Part shown: positions 12,640 to 25,929 of the stretch, piece by piece
Position numbering within the stretch: position 1 is the stretch's first letter
Layout of the letters: the number at the start of each line of letters is the position of its first letter
Assembly (NCBI RefSeq): GCF_006345805.1
Contig: NC_043012.1
Location: 49,972,001 to 50,036,000 of the forward strand
Origin: Octopus sinensis
Taxonomy: Eukaryota
Direction: 5' to 3'
DNA length: 64,000 nucleotides
Position numbers and translations under genes: made by a program
The notes under the pieces: generated by a model
Told to the model about the DNA's origin: nothing
The model's input: only the letters and a program-made list of their open reading frames with translations
The model's database searches: none

Positions 12640-12640
<1 letters not shown>
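11290..12640 (-). mobile_element. Tc1-like transposase remnant
   Basis: Minus-strand pieces RRQQMGGGIM, IFMQDGALS and MKWPASDLNPTENMWSLLKRRVYE (frameshifted) correspond to the Tc1 catalytic motifs QDxA and WPxxSPDLNPIENxW. Confidence 0.8.
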
Positions 12641-12671
<31 letters not shown>

Positions 12672-12677
<6 letters not shown>

Positions 12678-12977
12678 TTTTTTTTGTCTTTTTCTGTAGC
12701 ATGTTCTCCGTTTTTAGTCTTTGTTGCCGTGTACATTCGCTAGCTTTCTTACAAAGGGAACTAGTGCTCTTTGCTTAAACTTTTTTGGGGCAACCAGATC
12801 GAATCGTCTCAAGTGTAACTGCCCGAAACGGTTGTGACTTCTGGTACATGACTGAGGAAAGAAAGCCACGAATGACCCCCCATTTTTTGCCTGTCCTTCT
12901 AATTGTTGCTTCTCTTGTCCGCCGTTGTATCGTCAATCTGTCCGAATGTTTATTGTCCTCTATTGCGTTTTTGTTCC

Positions 12978-13010
<33 letters not shown>

Positions 13011-13329
13011 ATATAATATATATATATAGACACTTTTTTTTGTCTTTTTCTGTAGCATGTTCTCCGTTTTTAGTCTTTGTTGCCGTGTACATTCGCTAGC
13101 TTTCTTACAAAGGGAACTAGTGCTCTTTGCTTAACTTTTTTGGGGCAACCAGATCGAATCGTCTCAAGTGTAACTGCCCGAAACGTTGTGACTTCTGGTA
13201 CATGACTGAGGAAAGAAAGCCACGAATGACCCCCCATTTTTTGCCTGTCCTTCTAATTGTTGCTTCTCTTGTCCGCCGTTGTATCGTCAATCTGTCCGAA
13301 TGTTTATTGTCCTCTATTGCGTTTTTGTT

Positions 13330-13330
<1 letters not shown>
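12672..13330. repeat. Near-identical tandem duplication (~357-bp period) bounded by (TA)n
   Basis: gacactttttttgtctttttctgtagc... starts at 12672 and 13029; differences are single-base indels. Confidence 0.95.
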
Positions 13331-13383
<53 letters not shown>

Positions 13384-13424
13384 CACGCGTGTGTGTGTAC
13401 CTTCGTGTGTGGGGGCCGTATCTG

Positions 13425-15330
13425 CGGACGTGGATGTGTGAATGTACACACATACTCGTATAAGTACGGATGCATACACGCAGATATATAGGCATATATA
13501 TGTACGTATATACATCTATACCCACACAACTACCACCCCTTCATACTCCCCTCCAACAACACGACTAATTTCTTGTCCAACACGCGGTCGATTTCTTGTT
13601 TTCCATACGGTCAATCTCCTGCTGACCATGCGGTATTTGTTGTCGCTAGACTACCACTATCAAACCGCTATACCGCGTTACCTTTCTCGACCAATCGCCG
13701 ACTGACGTACAGTAATAAACATTGACTCCCTTCAATGAAACACTTATTTAGACTCCAGTGGCAAAACACTAGCCATATGCTTGAAACTTAGGGTACCAAG
13801 GAGTCCGGATCAAACTATTTTGATCAATGCATGTAAGAACCCAATAAATATGTTAAATGCCTTTCTTTCATTTGTTTGCTCACTCTTATAATTGCTCCAA
13901 ACTCTGCTGAGAGCTATTCACGAGCATCTGACTAACAATTTGCAATGGACAGACAACTATTAACGTACTCACTGAGTATGTGATGCACGGAGAAGACCGA
14001 TAGTGTCATCAAACGAAGGTGCTGGAAAGCTTTCTTGTACGAGTACACTTCCACTACTACAACTCCGGATAAGTTTGACTTTAAATCTCGAAAGTGCCCC
14101 TAGTGAAAGACCTTGAGAAATTCTCGACTGACTAATGGAACATTGCAAAGAAGGTAAGTTTTCGGCATTATTTTCACCCCTTCCTTACATCCTTAAATGA
14201 CTACATGACCAGCCAATGACTTGAAGGGAAGATATTACCAGAACTTCCTTTAGATCAAGAGACAAAGAGAACTCCACTTGCTTGCCACGCTATTATCTAC
14301 AGGCCGCCACTGTATTTACCCGGTGCCCCTAATTATCAGCTGCACATTCGCCTAAAACTACATAACATCTACCAACCCGCAGTATGATTCAACAAGAAAT
14401 AAGAGTTAACGTATTGCTGTCGTCAACGTACAACCATCTCGTAATCGTCAAGGCACTAGCCGCCGACAACTCCGATATATATCCTTACTACAAGCCACAA
14501 CTAGCACCACCTGGACCAAGGCCACCGTCACAAATTAATCCGCATGACAGCACTGCAAATCACCAATACCCAACACTTCTCCATGCCTGACTACCTTCAT
14601 AGTCTCACCCATTGTACATCACCTCTTGTTCATGACCACGCTCGAATATGTGTGTACATATTCACACGTGTGTGTGCATGTATGTACAGGTACACAGTGT
14701 TGATACGCTTGCGTGTGCGTATGCGGCTGTGCATTCGCACATACATGCAGATAAATGTGTGCACATGTGTGTTATCCGTGTTTATGTGTATGCGTGTGTG
14801 TATATGTGTCCACCTGTGTGTATGTGGCTTCATGTGTATATATATATGTGTGTGTGCGAGCATGCACGCGCGGAAGTGGATGTGTGAATGTACATCTAAG
14901 CACGGATACACACTCGTGTAAGCACGGATGGATATATGCAGATTCATGGGCATATACATGCACATATATATATATACATAAATATCCCCACATCTACAAC
15001 CCCTTCATTTTCCCCCCAACCATCGTCCGATTTCTTATCCACCACCTGGTCGATTTCCTGTTCACCATGCAGTATTTTCGAACTAATTGTTGTCGTTGAA
15101 ATACCGACACCAAACCGCTACAACGCGTTGCCAATCCCGACGAAACGCAGGCTGACGTACACCAATAAACATTGACTCTCTTCCATGGAAGTCTCTTTCA
15201 GATCCCTATGGCCGAAGACTAGACACACGTTTGAAAATTAGAGTACCAATGAGTCTGGATCAAACTGCTTCGATCAATATATGTAACTCCCAATAGATGT
15301 GTTGATTGCCCTTCTTTCGTTTGTCTACTC
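13425..15330 (+). mobile_element. Possible ancient LTR-type element: two diverged ~470-bp direct repeats around a ~1-kb interior
   Basis: 13425-13890 and 14870-15330 share gcggaNgtggatgtgtgaatgtaca, ggtcgatttc, gctgacgtacaNNaataaacattgactc and gagtcNggatcaaact. TG/CA termini and PBS not verified. Confidence 0.35.
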
Positions 15331-15641
15331 AAGTGTCTTCTACTATAGCTTCGAGCCGACCAAAGGGTTGTGAGTGGATTTGTTAGACGGAAATGTATAC
15401 ATATATATATGTATATGTGTGTGTATATGTTTATGTGCCTGTTTTTGTCCCCCAACATCGCTTGACAACCGATGCTGGTGTGTTTACGTCCTCGTAACTT
15501 AGCGATTAGGCAAAAGAGACAGATAGAATAAGTACTAGGCTTACAAAATATAAGTCCTGGGATCGATTTGCTCGACTAAAAAGGCCGTGCTCCAGCATGG
15601 CCGCAGTCAAATGACTGAAACAAGTATAAGAGTAAAGAGTA
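15331..15641 (+). mobile_element. SINE family A, 5'-truncated
   Basis: aagtgtcttctactatagc...ggatttgttagacggaaa...atcgcttgacaaccgatgctgg...cagtcaaatgactgaaacaag. Confidence 0.9.
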
Positions 15642-15993
15642 TAAAATACAGCTACAAAATGAAATACGGTGTCCCTAGCTGTAACTAATATGAACGAGCA
15701 AGTTTCCAGCAATGGTTTAACCTGTAATGTAACGCTGTTACATTTATTGGGTATTTAAGCAATGTATTCCTGGATGGTTAATTGGCTGGAAATGGTGCTG
15801 AAGCAGAAGCAAGAAACCCTCAAGTATGCATATATACACCGAATACCTATTTTATTTATCCTTGATCGCATTATTTATGTCTTAACATTCAACGCTGGCT
15901 CTAAATGCTAGAGGAAATTTGTCGAGATAAACCTAAAAGATATATCATTATAAATAAATATGTAGATAGACGTACTTTATTATATATATATAT

Positions 15994-16047
<54 letters not shown>

Positions 16048-16165
16048 TGGTCTGCTCGCTTAGCCAGCGGGGCGGCGTCATTTGAAGGCTAAAACAATGC
16101 GAAGCGCATTGTGACCAGCGTTGTTTAGAAACATTTGATGGCCTGATCGGTCACGTTGTTACGTG
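16048..16165 (+). mobile_element. SINE family C 3' fragment
   Basis: Matches 36975-37090 (ctgctcgcttagcNagcgg...gaaggctaaaacaatg...gcgcattgtgaccagcg). Confidence 0.75.
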
Positions 16166-16176
16166 GAATATACATG

Positions 16177-16223
<47 letters not shown>

Positions 16224-18137
16224 GGGGGGTGTATGTGTGTGCGTGTGTCTACTTAAATATTCCTACACATGCACTGATACACATAGACGTACACACCTTC
16301 TTTTCCGTTATTAATCAGCATTATACAAATTATTTGTTGTTCAGAAATATCTTGATCCTCCTAGACGCGGCTGATCACAACAATGAATACAAATTCTCAA
16401 TAGTGTTGTTTACTTTTGAACTGGATTCTACTGAAGAATGATATCTAAATTTACTGACGGTTTCTCTTTTCTCTTTCCGTGTGTGTAGTAATTTTAATGC
16501 ATTTGAAATTGTTTGCTAGGCATTGAAGATCGAACAGCCGTTTCCATTAACGTCTATTTTCTCTTCAATAAATAACATTTCATATTTGTCGCATGAACCC
16601 TTGAGAAAGGCATGAATGTCACATATTAGTTTCTTTTTATGGCATTAAAATAAATCTTTTCAAGTTTTCTTTCATGCAGATATCGTTGATTTTATTCTTT
16701 TTGCAATGAAATTGAACACTCTTATTGAATGGACTTTTGAATTTGTGAACTAAGCTTTAATATTCTTTGTTCACATGTGAAACTTTATAAAAGATACAAA
16801 TACTTCTAATTGCAAGAATATCTTGACGCATTCCTGAAATATTATTGTATATCACTGTACAAGAATTTATTTGAAGGCCATTTAAAGCTGACAACACTTT
16901 AAAAAGGAAATAATTGAAGTCAGTGATCAATGTTATAAAACCGAAGAAATAAAACCTGCGCTTTCCACGTTATGCCCTATGGACATTAACTTCACTCTAA
17001 TCAACGACGTCATTGCGATTTTCTTACGAAATAATGGATGAAAACCAATATCTTTTAGCTGTAACCATTAGTGAATCACCTCATCATTTGCCAACCTATG
17101 CCAACAGCTTCTACTCCTCCCGGCTTTCTCGTCCACTCTTTAACCTTTTGATAATCATTCTGGAGAAAAACATTACGTGCATTATTATCATCATGCACAA
17201 ATCTACTAAATCTCGAATTTTCACCAGCCACCTTAAATTTCCCCAAAGACGCACTGGTAATTATTTCTAGGTTACTGGATGTTCAATTATCACCTATTTC
17301 TAAAGATTACCTTCACCGAGTCTCTCAATAACTATTTCACATTCGTAGCCTGGTTCATTGCTTTGTTTAGATATAGTTCTTTATTCTTAATCTACTTTTG
17401 GTATGATGACGATATATAAAACAGCATTCATTTACTGAGTAGTCAAATTTGGCGAACTCTTTAACATGCCTGATTCGTCAGCAAGTTATAATCTTTCTTT
17501 GGAAAATACAGTATACTTTCATAATGCATAAAATGAGATTAACTGGATATAGTGTGTATATGCGTACATATTTTCTGTTTGATCCATGCGCACTACATTA
17601 ATTTTTAAATACTTTAGCTTAATGAACTGTGTGACACAGCTTAAATGTTAATATTACTTTCAAAGAAATTGTTAGTTTGTACGCAGTTTATGACGTTGGC
17701 AAATGGTAAAATACTGGCATGTCTTTTACGTTCTTTTACTTGTTACAGCCATCGGATTGTAGCCATGCTGGGTTGCCGCTTTAAATGATATTAGTCAAAC
17801 AAATCGACAGGAAACTTGCATTTGAAATCGAGTGCATGTTCTTTCTTTTGACGAACTACTATGTTTCGGGAACATGAAAAAAACACCCATTGCCAAAACG
17901 GTATAGGAATGAACACACACACACACACACAACACACACACACACACATACACACATACACACACATATACACGCACACATAAAATGAAGCGCGCGCATG
18001 CGGACTCACGTGGTTGCAAAATAAACTGCTTAACCTCAAAGTCTCCGTTATCGAAAACTGATACGGCATTCGAATTTGTAAAATGGGTCTTATGCATACT
18101 TAAAGCTGAAAAGCACGCGATGAGCAATATATATATG

Positions 18138-18265
<128 letters not shown>

Positions 18266-18270
18266 ATATA

Positions 18271-19515
18271 ACAAAACTAAGGCTGTGAAATGGCGAAATC
18301 GTTATCTCGCTGGGGAAAATCCTTAGCTTTTTGTCGTCCGTCTTTATGTTCTAATTCCGCCATGATCGACTTCACCTTTTATCCTTTCCGGGTCAATAAA
18401 ATAAGTGCCAGTTGAGCACTGAGAGTGATATAATTGACTTACCCACTCCCACGAAACTGCAGGCCTTATTCCAAACTTTGAAAGCAATATATCACAATTG
18501 AAAGAGCGACATATCAATGAATTTTCCTGCTACACATACACTCAAAATAAGAGATTCCCACTGCAATTTTGAGTTAAGTTATAACCAACTTAAATCAATA
18601 TTCTTTCTGTAATTTAAGATAGGTAGACGTTACTTTGATCGCAAATACATTTCCTCCAGGCATAAGATATTTTTACATAAAAAGCTTCATCGATACCAAC
18701 GTGAAGTTAGTCCACATTTCATAAACGTATTTCCAATTATATAACACAGCCTAATAGATGATTTCTTTAATTACAGATTCCTTATATTTTGATTTCTTTT
18801 ACTAATGTAAGAATTCATATTTCTGTAAGAGATTATTATTTGAGAGACACAAGAAAGGAGAGAAAGAAAGAGGGGCCAAGATGAAGAAAGTATTAATACA
18901 AACATCGCAGCGTAATTCGGTTACATAAAATCGTAATGACGAAAAGACACAGATTGGTACTGCAATATTGTACAAGGAGGTGGTCAAGAAGAAATATGAG
19001 ATTATACAAACGTTTCTGACGGCAAAAGTCTTCCTGTATCAACCTGGAAGGAAAACTAGCCAAGAGTTACACAATTTACAACCTACCGTCTCAAAAGCCA
19101 AGAGGACATAATTACTAAGGTATGACTACATGCTTGTCGTTCTTAACATAACTGTATTCATGCGTACATACTGTAACTAGACCTACTTTAGTTATTCGAT
19201 ATACTCGTGGTGTTTGGCGGATCTAAAATAGTCATACATTTGGCAATGTATGACTATCGGCTTGCCTTTCTAAACCATAACCTCCTCCGTGCATTCATAC
19301 TGTATTTAGACCTACTTCTATTATTCAGTAACATAGGATGTGATTTGAGGACCTCTGTTGTTGAAATGCCGATGCGGTCCACGTATAACAAAAACACGAT
19401 GAACAACTGTTGTTAGGGGTTTTGTCCTGAATCTTACCGCCCCAAATCTCCCAAGAGCAATGGGACACGGATATCACGCGTTATGTATGTACGTATACAC
19501 ACACGCACGCACACA

Positions 19516-19574
<59 letters not shown>

Positions 19575-19783
19575 TATTAATATAGAGAGAGAGGGAGACT
19601 GAAAGAATAGAGAGAGGGAGGAATAATACAAAAAAAGCGAACAACGAAAGGCGACATAACAATGAACAGAACTTAATAAAATTAGTAATTACAAAATAAG
19701 GAAGGAAAAAATCTATTTACAAATAACGGGAAATTAATCGGTATGTAAAAAATATACAAAATATGAGAACCCGTACATATACC

Positions 19784-19852
<69 letters not shown>

Positions 19853-21128
19853 TATATAATATATATATATATTTATATATATATATATAACAAAACTAAG
19901 GCTGTGAAATGGCGAAATCGTTATCTCGCTGGGGAAAATCCTTAGCTTTTTGTCGTCCGTCTTTATGTTCTAATTCCGCCATGATCGACTTCACCTTTTA
20001 TCCTTTCCGGGTCAATAAAATAAGTGCCAGTTGAGCACTGAGAGTGATATAATTGACTTACCCACTCCCACGAAACTGCAGGCCTTATTCCAAACTTTGA
20101 AAGCAATATATCACAAATTGAAAGAGCGACATATCAATGAATTTTCCTGCTACACATACACTCAAAATAAGAGATTCCCACTGCAATTTTGAGTTAAGTT
20201 ATAACCAACTTAAATCAATATTCTTTCTGTAATTTAAGATAGGTAGACGTTACTTTGATCGCAAATACATTTCCTCCAGGCATAAGATATTTTTACATAA
20301 AAAGCTTCATCGATACCAACGTGAAGTTAGTCCACATTTCATAAACGTATTTCCAATTATATAACACAGCCTAATAGATGATTTCTTTAATTACAGATTC
20401 CCTTATATTTTGATTTCTTTTACTAATGTAAGAATTCATATTTCTGTAAGAGATTATTATTTGAGAGACACAAGAAAGGAGAGAAAGAAAGAGGGGCCAA
20501 GATGAAGAAAGTATTAATACAAACATCGCAGCGTAATTCGGTTACATAAAATCGTAATGACGAAAAGACACAGATTGGTACTGCAAATATTGTACAAGGA
20601 GGTGGTCAAGAAGAAATATGAGATTATACAAACGTTTCTGACGGCAAAAGTCTTCCTGTATCAACCTGGAAGGAAAACTAGCCAAGAGTTACACAATTTA
20701 CAACCTACCGTCTCAAAAGCCAAGAGGACATAATTACTAAGGTATGACTACATGCTTGTCGTTCTTAAACATAACTGTATTCATGCGTACATACTGTAAC
20801 TAGACCTACTTTAGTTATTCGATATACTCGTGGTGTTTGGCGGATCTAAAATAGTCATACATTTGGCAATGTATGACTATCGGCTTGCCTTTCTAAACCA
20901 TAACCTCCTCCGTGCATTCATACTGTATTTAGACCTACTTCTATTATTCAGTAACATAGGATGTGATTTGAGGACCTCTGTTGTTGAAATGCCGATGCGG
21001 TCCACGTATAACAAAAACACGATGAACAACTGTTGTTAGGGGTTTTGTCCTGAATCTTACCGCCCCAAATCTCCCAAGAGCAATGGGACACGGATATCAC
21101 GCGTTATGTATGTACGTATACACACACG

Positions 21129-21184
<56 letters not shown>

Positions 21185-21393
21185 TATTAATATAGAGAGA
21201 GAGGGAGACTGAAAGAATAGAGAGAGGGAGGAATAATACAAAAAAAGCGAACAACGAAAGGCGACATAACAATGAACAGAACTTAATAAAATTAGTAATT
21301 ACAAAATAAGGAAGGAAAAAATCTATTTACAAATAACGGGAAATTAATCGGTATGTAAAAAATATACAAAATATGAGAACCCGTACATATACC

Positions 21394-21410
<17 letters not shown>
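18271..21410. repeat. ~1.62-kb near-perfect tandem duplication bounded by (TA)n
   Basis: acaaaactaaggctgtgaaatgg at 18271 and 19890; identical ORFs at 19207 and 20830; differences mostly homopolymer +/-1. Confidence 0.95.
18285..18490 (+). mobile_element. SINE family B, degenerate (duplicated at ~19904-20110)
   Basis: ggcgaaatcgtt...atcgacttcaccttttatcctttccgggtcaataaaataagtgccagttgagcactgag...taattgacttaccc. Confidence 0.7.
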
Positions 21411-21467
<57 letters not shown>

Positions 21468-22374
21468 ATATATATACTATATATATATACACATATATAT
21501 ATACGAAGCTACACTCGCCAGGACCAATAAATAACGAAAACAAATCCCCACATATTCTTATGTAAATTTTTGCAGAAAATTATGTATATTTCTCAGTCTA
21601 GGTAAACTCTCGTTAAACGCATATTAACAATACATTTTCAACCTGAGAACCTTGGAAATAGGTTGTTTTGCATTTTATAACTGCGTAGTCTGCGGGACTT
21701 CTTTTCTGATATAAGAAGTACTTTAGTTATATCTGCTTGCATAGATACATACTTAAGGAGAGTGTAAGAAAATTGATATATAGACAAATGAATAAATACG
21801 CAAACTACTTGTGTGAATATATATATATACATATATATATCTGTGTGTGTGTGTTTGTGTCTGTGTTTTTGTGTTTGTATGTGTGTGCATACATATATAT
21901 ATATATGTACACACGTATATCGAGAGAGAGAGAGAGGGAGAGGTGAAGGTAGAGAAAGAAAGATTGATCTCCCCTCTTCTGTCTACCTGTCTGAGTCTCT
22001 CACTCTCTCTCTGCGTTCATAACGGTTTCGTAGCTGTCATGTGTCTGATAAAGGCTACTCAAACAAAACTTTCGAAGTTACTGTGAACCATGTCGTTATA
22101 ACATAAAACAAAATATAATAATATATTGGGATCTTTTAATTTAATCTGTGAATGTGTTTGACACATAACTATACATAAGTAAAGCTTTAAAACCTATACA
22201 TTCACGTGTGTGTGTATGTGTGAGTGTTTGTGTGTGTACCTGTGTATGTGTGTGTGTGTGTGTTTGCCAGCATTTAGGCCACGTGCATATGTGTACCTGT
22301 TTCGTAGAAAATTGAGAGAGCTTTCTAACATTAGTTGATAGATTGCTGTACATATTATTACATAAAGCGAAGTG

Positions 22375-22495
22375 GACTTTGGCTTTCATCCACTCGGGGT
22401 CGACAAAATCAGTACCAGTTAAATACTAGGGTCGATGTAATTGACTTACACCTGTCACCGTAATTGCTGGCCTTGTGCCAAAATTTCAAACGATT
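22375..22495 (+). mobile_element. SINE family B 3' fragment
   Basis: gactttggctttcatccactcggggtcgacaaaatcagtaccagtt...gggtcgatgtaattgactta. Confidence 0.7.
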
Positions 22496-22804
22496 ATTAC
22501 GTATGTAATGTTGTAACACCGACATACATGCAGACACACCAAGACATACACGCGCATACACAATGAAACAAATGAGGCCCCAAATGTTTATGTATGTATT
22601 AATATATGTATGTATGCATGAATGTGTACGTATGCATGAACGTATTTGTAAAAACTTGAGGTTGGGAAGAAATAGCTGCCTTCAAGTAATTAATAACACA
22701 CTGGCTAAGAATATATATCAACTAACCATTCAAACACAGAAAAGTGCAAGAGATTGTTTGCCCTAACACTATAACGAGAAAAGACATGGTATTATACGAC
22801 ATTT

Positions 22805-22826
22805 AAAAATGATAATAATAATAATC

Positions 22827-22860
<34 letters not shown>

Positions 22861-22885
22861 TAATAATAATAATAATAGTAGTAAA

Positions 22886-22934
<49 letters not shown>

Positions 22935-22960
22935 GCAATAATAATAATAATAATGATAAT
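22805..22960. repeat. (AAT)n microsatellite
   Basis: Direct reading; source of the poly-Ile ORFs. Confidence 0.95.
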
Positions 22961-23737
22961 AAAAATCTTTATAGCTTCCTTCACTGTGTTACTTGCTATA
23001 ATTTTTCACCTTTCAGCTTAAGAAAGAAAAAAAGAAATACTAAAACCTACCGCCTCCCGCCGCTTGCTAATATCGTTACGCAAATGTATGCACACCCCTG
23101 TTATTTCTTTGTTTTTTTTTTACATTTTATCTATTTATTTATTTGTTTTTTTTTCAGAAAACTTCTTTTTATGCAGCCACACAAATTTTCGCATGTGTCA
23201 ACGTCTTCAATAAAACTTGACCTAAGTATAAGAAAAAACAAAAAAAAAGAAAAATGTAAATTTAGCAGTCATTGCCATTACCAAAACAGTCGTTACCACT
23301 TCCGTACCACCTGAGGATTAACGATGAAATTAATCACTGGCTGTCTCCTCACCATGGCCACCACTACACACAACTTTACGAAGAACAGCACAATACACTC
23401 ATCATCATATCCGACAATAATAGAATAGAATGACAACCACTACTAATAACCACTGCTGTTACTATTATTAACTCCAATGATTGTTTTTAACACAAAAATG
23501 TCAGAGATGTGAGGGGAACCATTAGTTCAATGCATCGAATTTAGTGTTTGAGTAGTTTTACTTCATATAATCCGAAAAGATGAAATGAGAATTTGACCTC
23601 AGTAAAATTCGAACGCATGACCCACAGGGCCGCGTAAAACACCAAAAGGAAATTAATTGGGCACTGCGTTCAGTCCATCCACATTTTTCCAACATTATCC
23701 TTAATATGGATATACGTTCTAAGAGAGGTAGCAGAAT

Positions 23738-24290
23738 AAGGCGGCGAGCTGGCAGAAACGTTAACACGCCGGGCGAAATGCTTAGCAGTATTTCGTCTGT
23801 CGTTACGTTCTGAGTTCAAATTCTGCTGGGGTCGACTTTACCTTTCATCTTTCGGGGTCGATTAAATAAGTACCAGTTACGCACTGGGGTTGATATAATC
23901 GACTTAATCCGTTTTTCTGTCCTTGCTTGTCCCTTCTGTGTTTACCCTCTTGTGGATAGTAAAGAAATATGTATTTCGTCTGCCGTTACGTTCTGAGTTC
24001 AAATTCCTCCAAGGTTGACTTTGTCTTTTATCCTTTCGGTGTCGATAAATTAAGAACCAGTTACGCACTTAATGTCCATGTTTGTCCCTCTCTATATTTA
24101 GCCCCTTGTGGGCAATAAAGAAATAAGAATCGTTGGCGCTCCAGGCAAAATGCCGAGCGGTATTGCACCCATCTTTATTCTTTGAGTGCAAATTTCGCCG
24201 TTGTTTACACTGCTTTTTATCCTTTCGGGATCGATGAAATAAGTACCAAAAGAAATTCCTGTCCTTGTGCCAAAACTTGAAATCATATAG
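23738..24290 (+). mobile_element. Three head-to-tail SINE family B copies
   Basis: ggcggcgagctggcagaaacgtt...gagttcaaattc...gtcgacttt from 23738; restarts at ~23971 (tatttcgtctgccgttacgttctgagttcaaa) and ~24125. Confidence 0.85.
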
Positions 24291-24854
24291 ATGCAAGATC
24301 TCAAAATAATGCAAAGGCAGTTAGTCGATTAAATTGAATGCATAACGTGTACCAAGTACTTCATTTTCTCGATCACGAAAGGATAGATGACAAAATTGTC
24401 AAGGAATTTGAAGTTGCAGCATAAAAGTCTAATAATTAAATGTTACATAGCCTTTTGTTCAACAACCTGCCAAGTTATTTGTTAGCGGCAAAGTGTTAAA
24501 AATTTAAATCATTAAATACAATCTACGTTGAGCACAGGAGCATTGAAATATATGTGGGATGGGACTGTCAGTTTAAATAATGACGAGCGGAGGGGTAAAA
24601 GGAATTGCACCATTAAAACGCGGACAAATTATACATTCATAACACGCACAGTTACATAGAAATAAAAACTAAAATGTATAATGAACAGCAATTTTCTAAA
24701 ACATCATTTTAGCAGAAAAATAAACCATGGCTAGCGATTATTCACATATCCATTCTTAACACTTCTAGGTAGATTCTGACGTATAATTAGAGGAAGAAAA
24801 TGTATTCTCATATGAGAATAACTTCTCTCTCTCTCTCTTAGGACGACTGTGCGT

Positions 24855-24915
24855 TCAACACACCCTCTAGGACACGAGTGTTTCGACGTGTTGTTTTTCG
24901 TCAGTCAGAAGTAGC
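24855..24915 (-). ncRNA. Degenerate minimal hammerhead ribozyme motif
   Basis: Minus strand: cuucuga-CUGACGA-aaaacaacacguc-GAAA-CAC uc GUG-UC-cuagaggg. Core and GUC triplet intact; stem II needs one A>G reversion. Confidence 0.4.
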
Positions 24916-25135
24916 CGATAGTTTGAGCCTTGACAAAACTGCTAGTTTTGAATATATTTTCTCTGTACAAATTGTTGACTTATCGGAGATATAGGGGTGA
25001 GTCAGAATGCCGTGAGCCAATGTGCCAACTGAGTTGAACACAGTGTCGTTGTAAAAAAAGGAGAAATATCTTCCGATAACATACACTACAATGACCAGCA
25101 TACGTCTGAACCTGCTTAGACATATGAAATATAAA

Positions 25136-25539
25136 TAGGAGTGACTGTGTGGTAAGTAGATTGCTTACGAACCACATTGTTCTGGGTTCAGTCCCGCTGC
25201 GTGGCACCTTGGCCAAGTGTCTTCTACTATAGTCTCGGGCCGACCAAAGCCTTGTGAGGGGATTTGGTACACGGCAACTGAAAGAAGCCCGTCGTTTATA
25301 TGTATATATATATGCTTATGTGTGAATATATGTGTGTGTATGTGTTTGCCCCCCCCCCACATCGCTTCACAACCGATGCTGGTGTGTTTACGTGCCCGTA
25401 ACTTAGCGGTTCGACAAAAGAGACCGATAGAATAAGTACTAGGCTTACAAAGAATAAGTCCTGGGGCCGATTTGCTCGACTAAAGGCTTTGCTCCAGCAT
25501 GGCCACAGTCAAATGACTGAAACAAGTAAAAGAGTAAAG
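25136..25539 (+). mobile_element. SINE family A, full length
   Basis: Same head, body and tail as 6957-7367. Confidence 0.9.
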
Positions 25540-25929
25540 GAATAATCATTCCATGTGACGCTGCACATGTGGCAGATTATAATTTAGATTTCCCGCTCAT
25601 AAACGAGTTAGAAAACTGGTTAGGTTTCATTAGAATACACCATGTCCCTACCGTCTGCCATTGGGTGTACTGATGTCTCGTGCACACAGAGATACCAGTT
25701 AACTTATTGCCTCCCTCTTTTTCAGAATTTTGAGGTAAATAACAAACCTTGTCTTCACGACACTTCCGTTTTATCCATCATAATGTTCTATATTGTATTT
25801 ACTACCACGCACTCTCTCTCCTGTGTCCTATCCTGAAATGCATATCAGTAATTGCTACAATTCTTAATTATGTGAATTTAAAAAAAATAATGCTATCGAT
25901 TAGACCTTAGTTCGCGCATAAAGATTAAT

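Noticed and set aside
17013-17290. Coding-like tract on either strand
   Set aside because: No identifiable domain or splice context.
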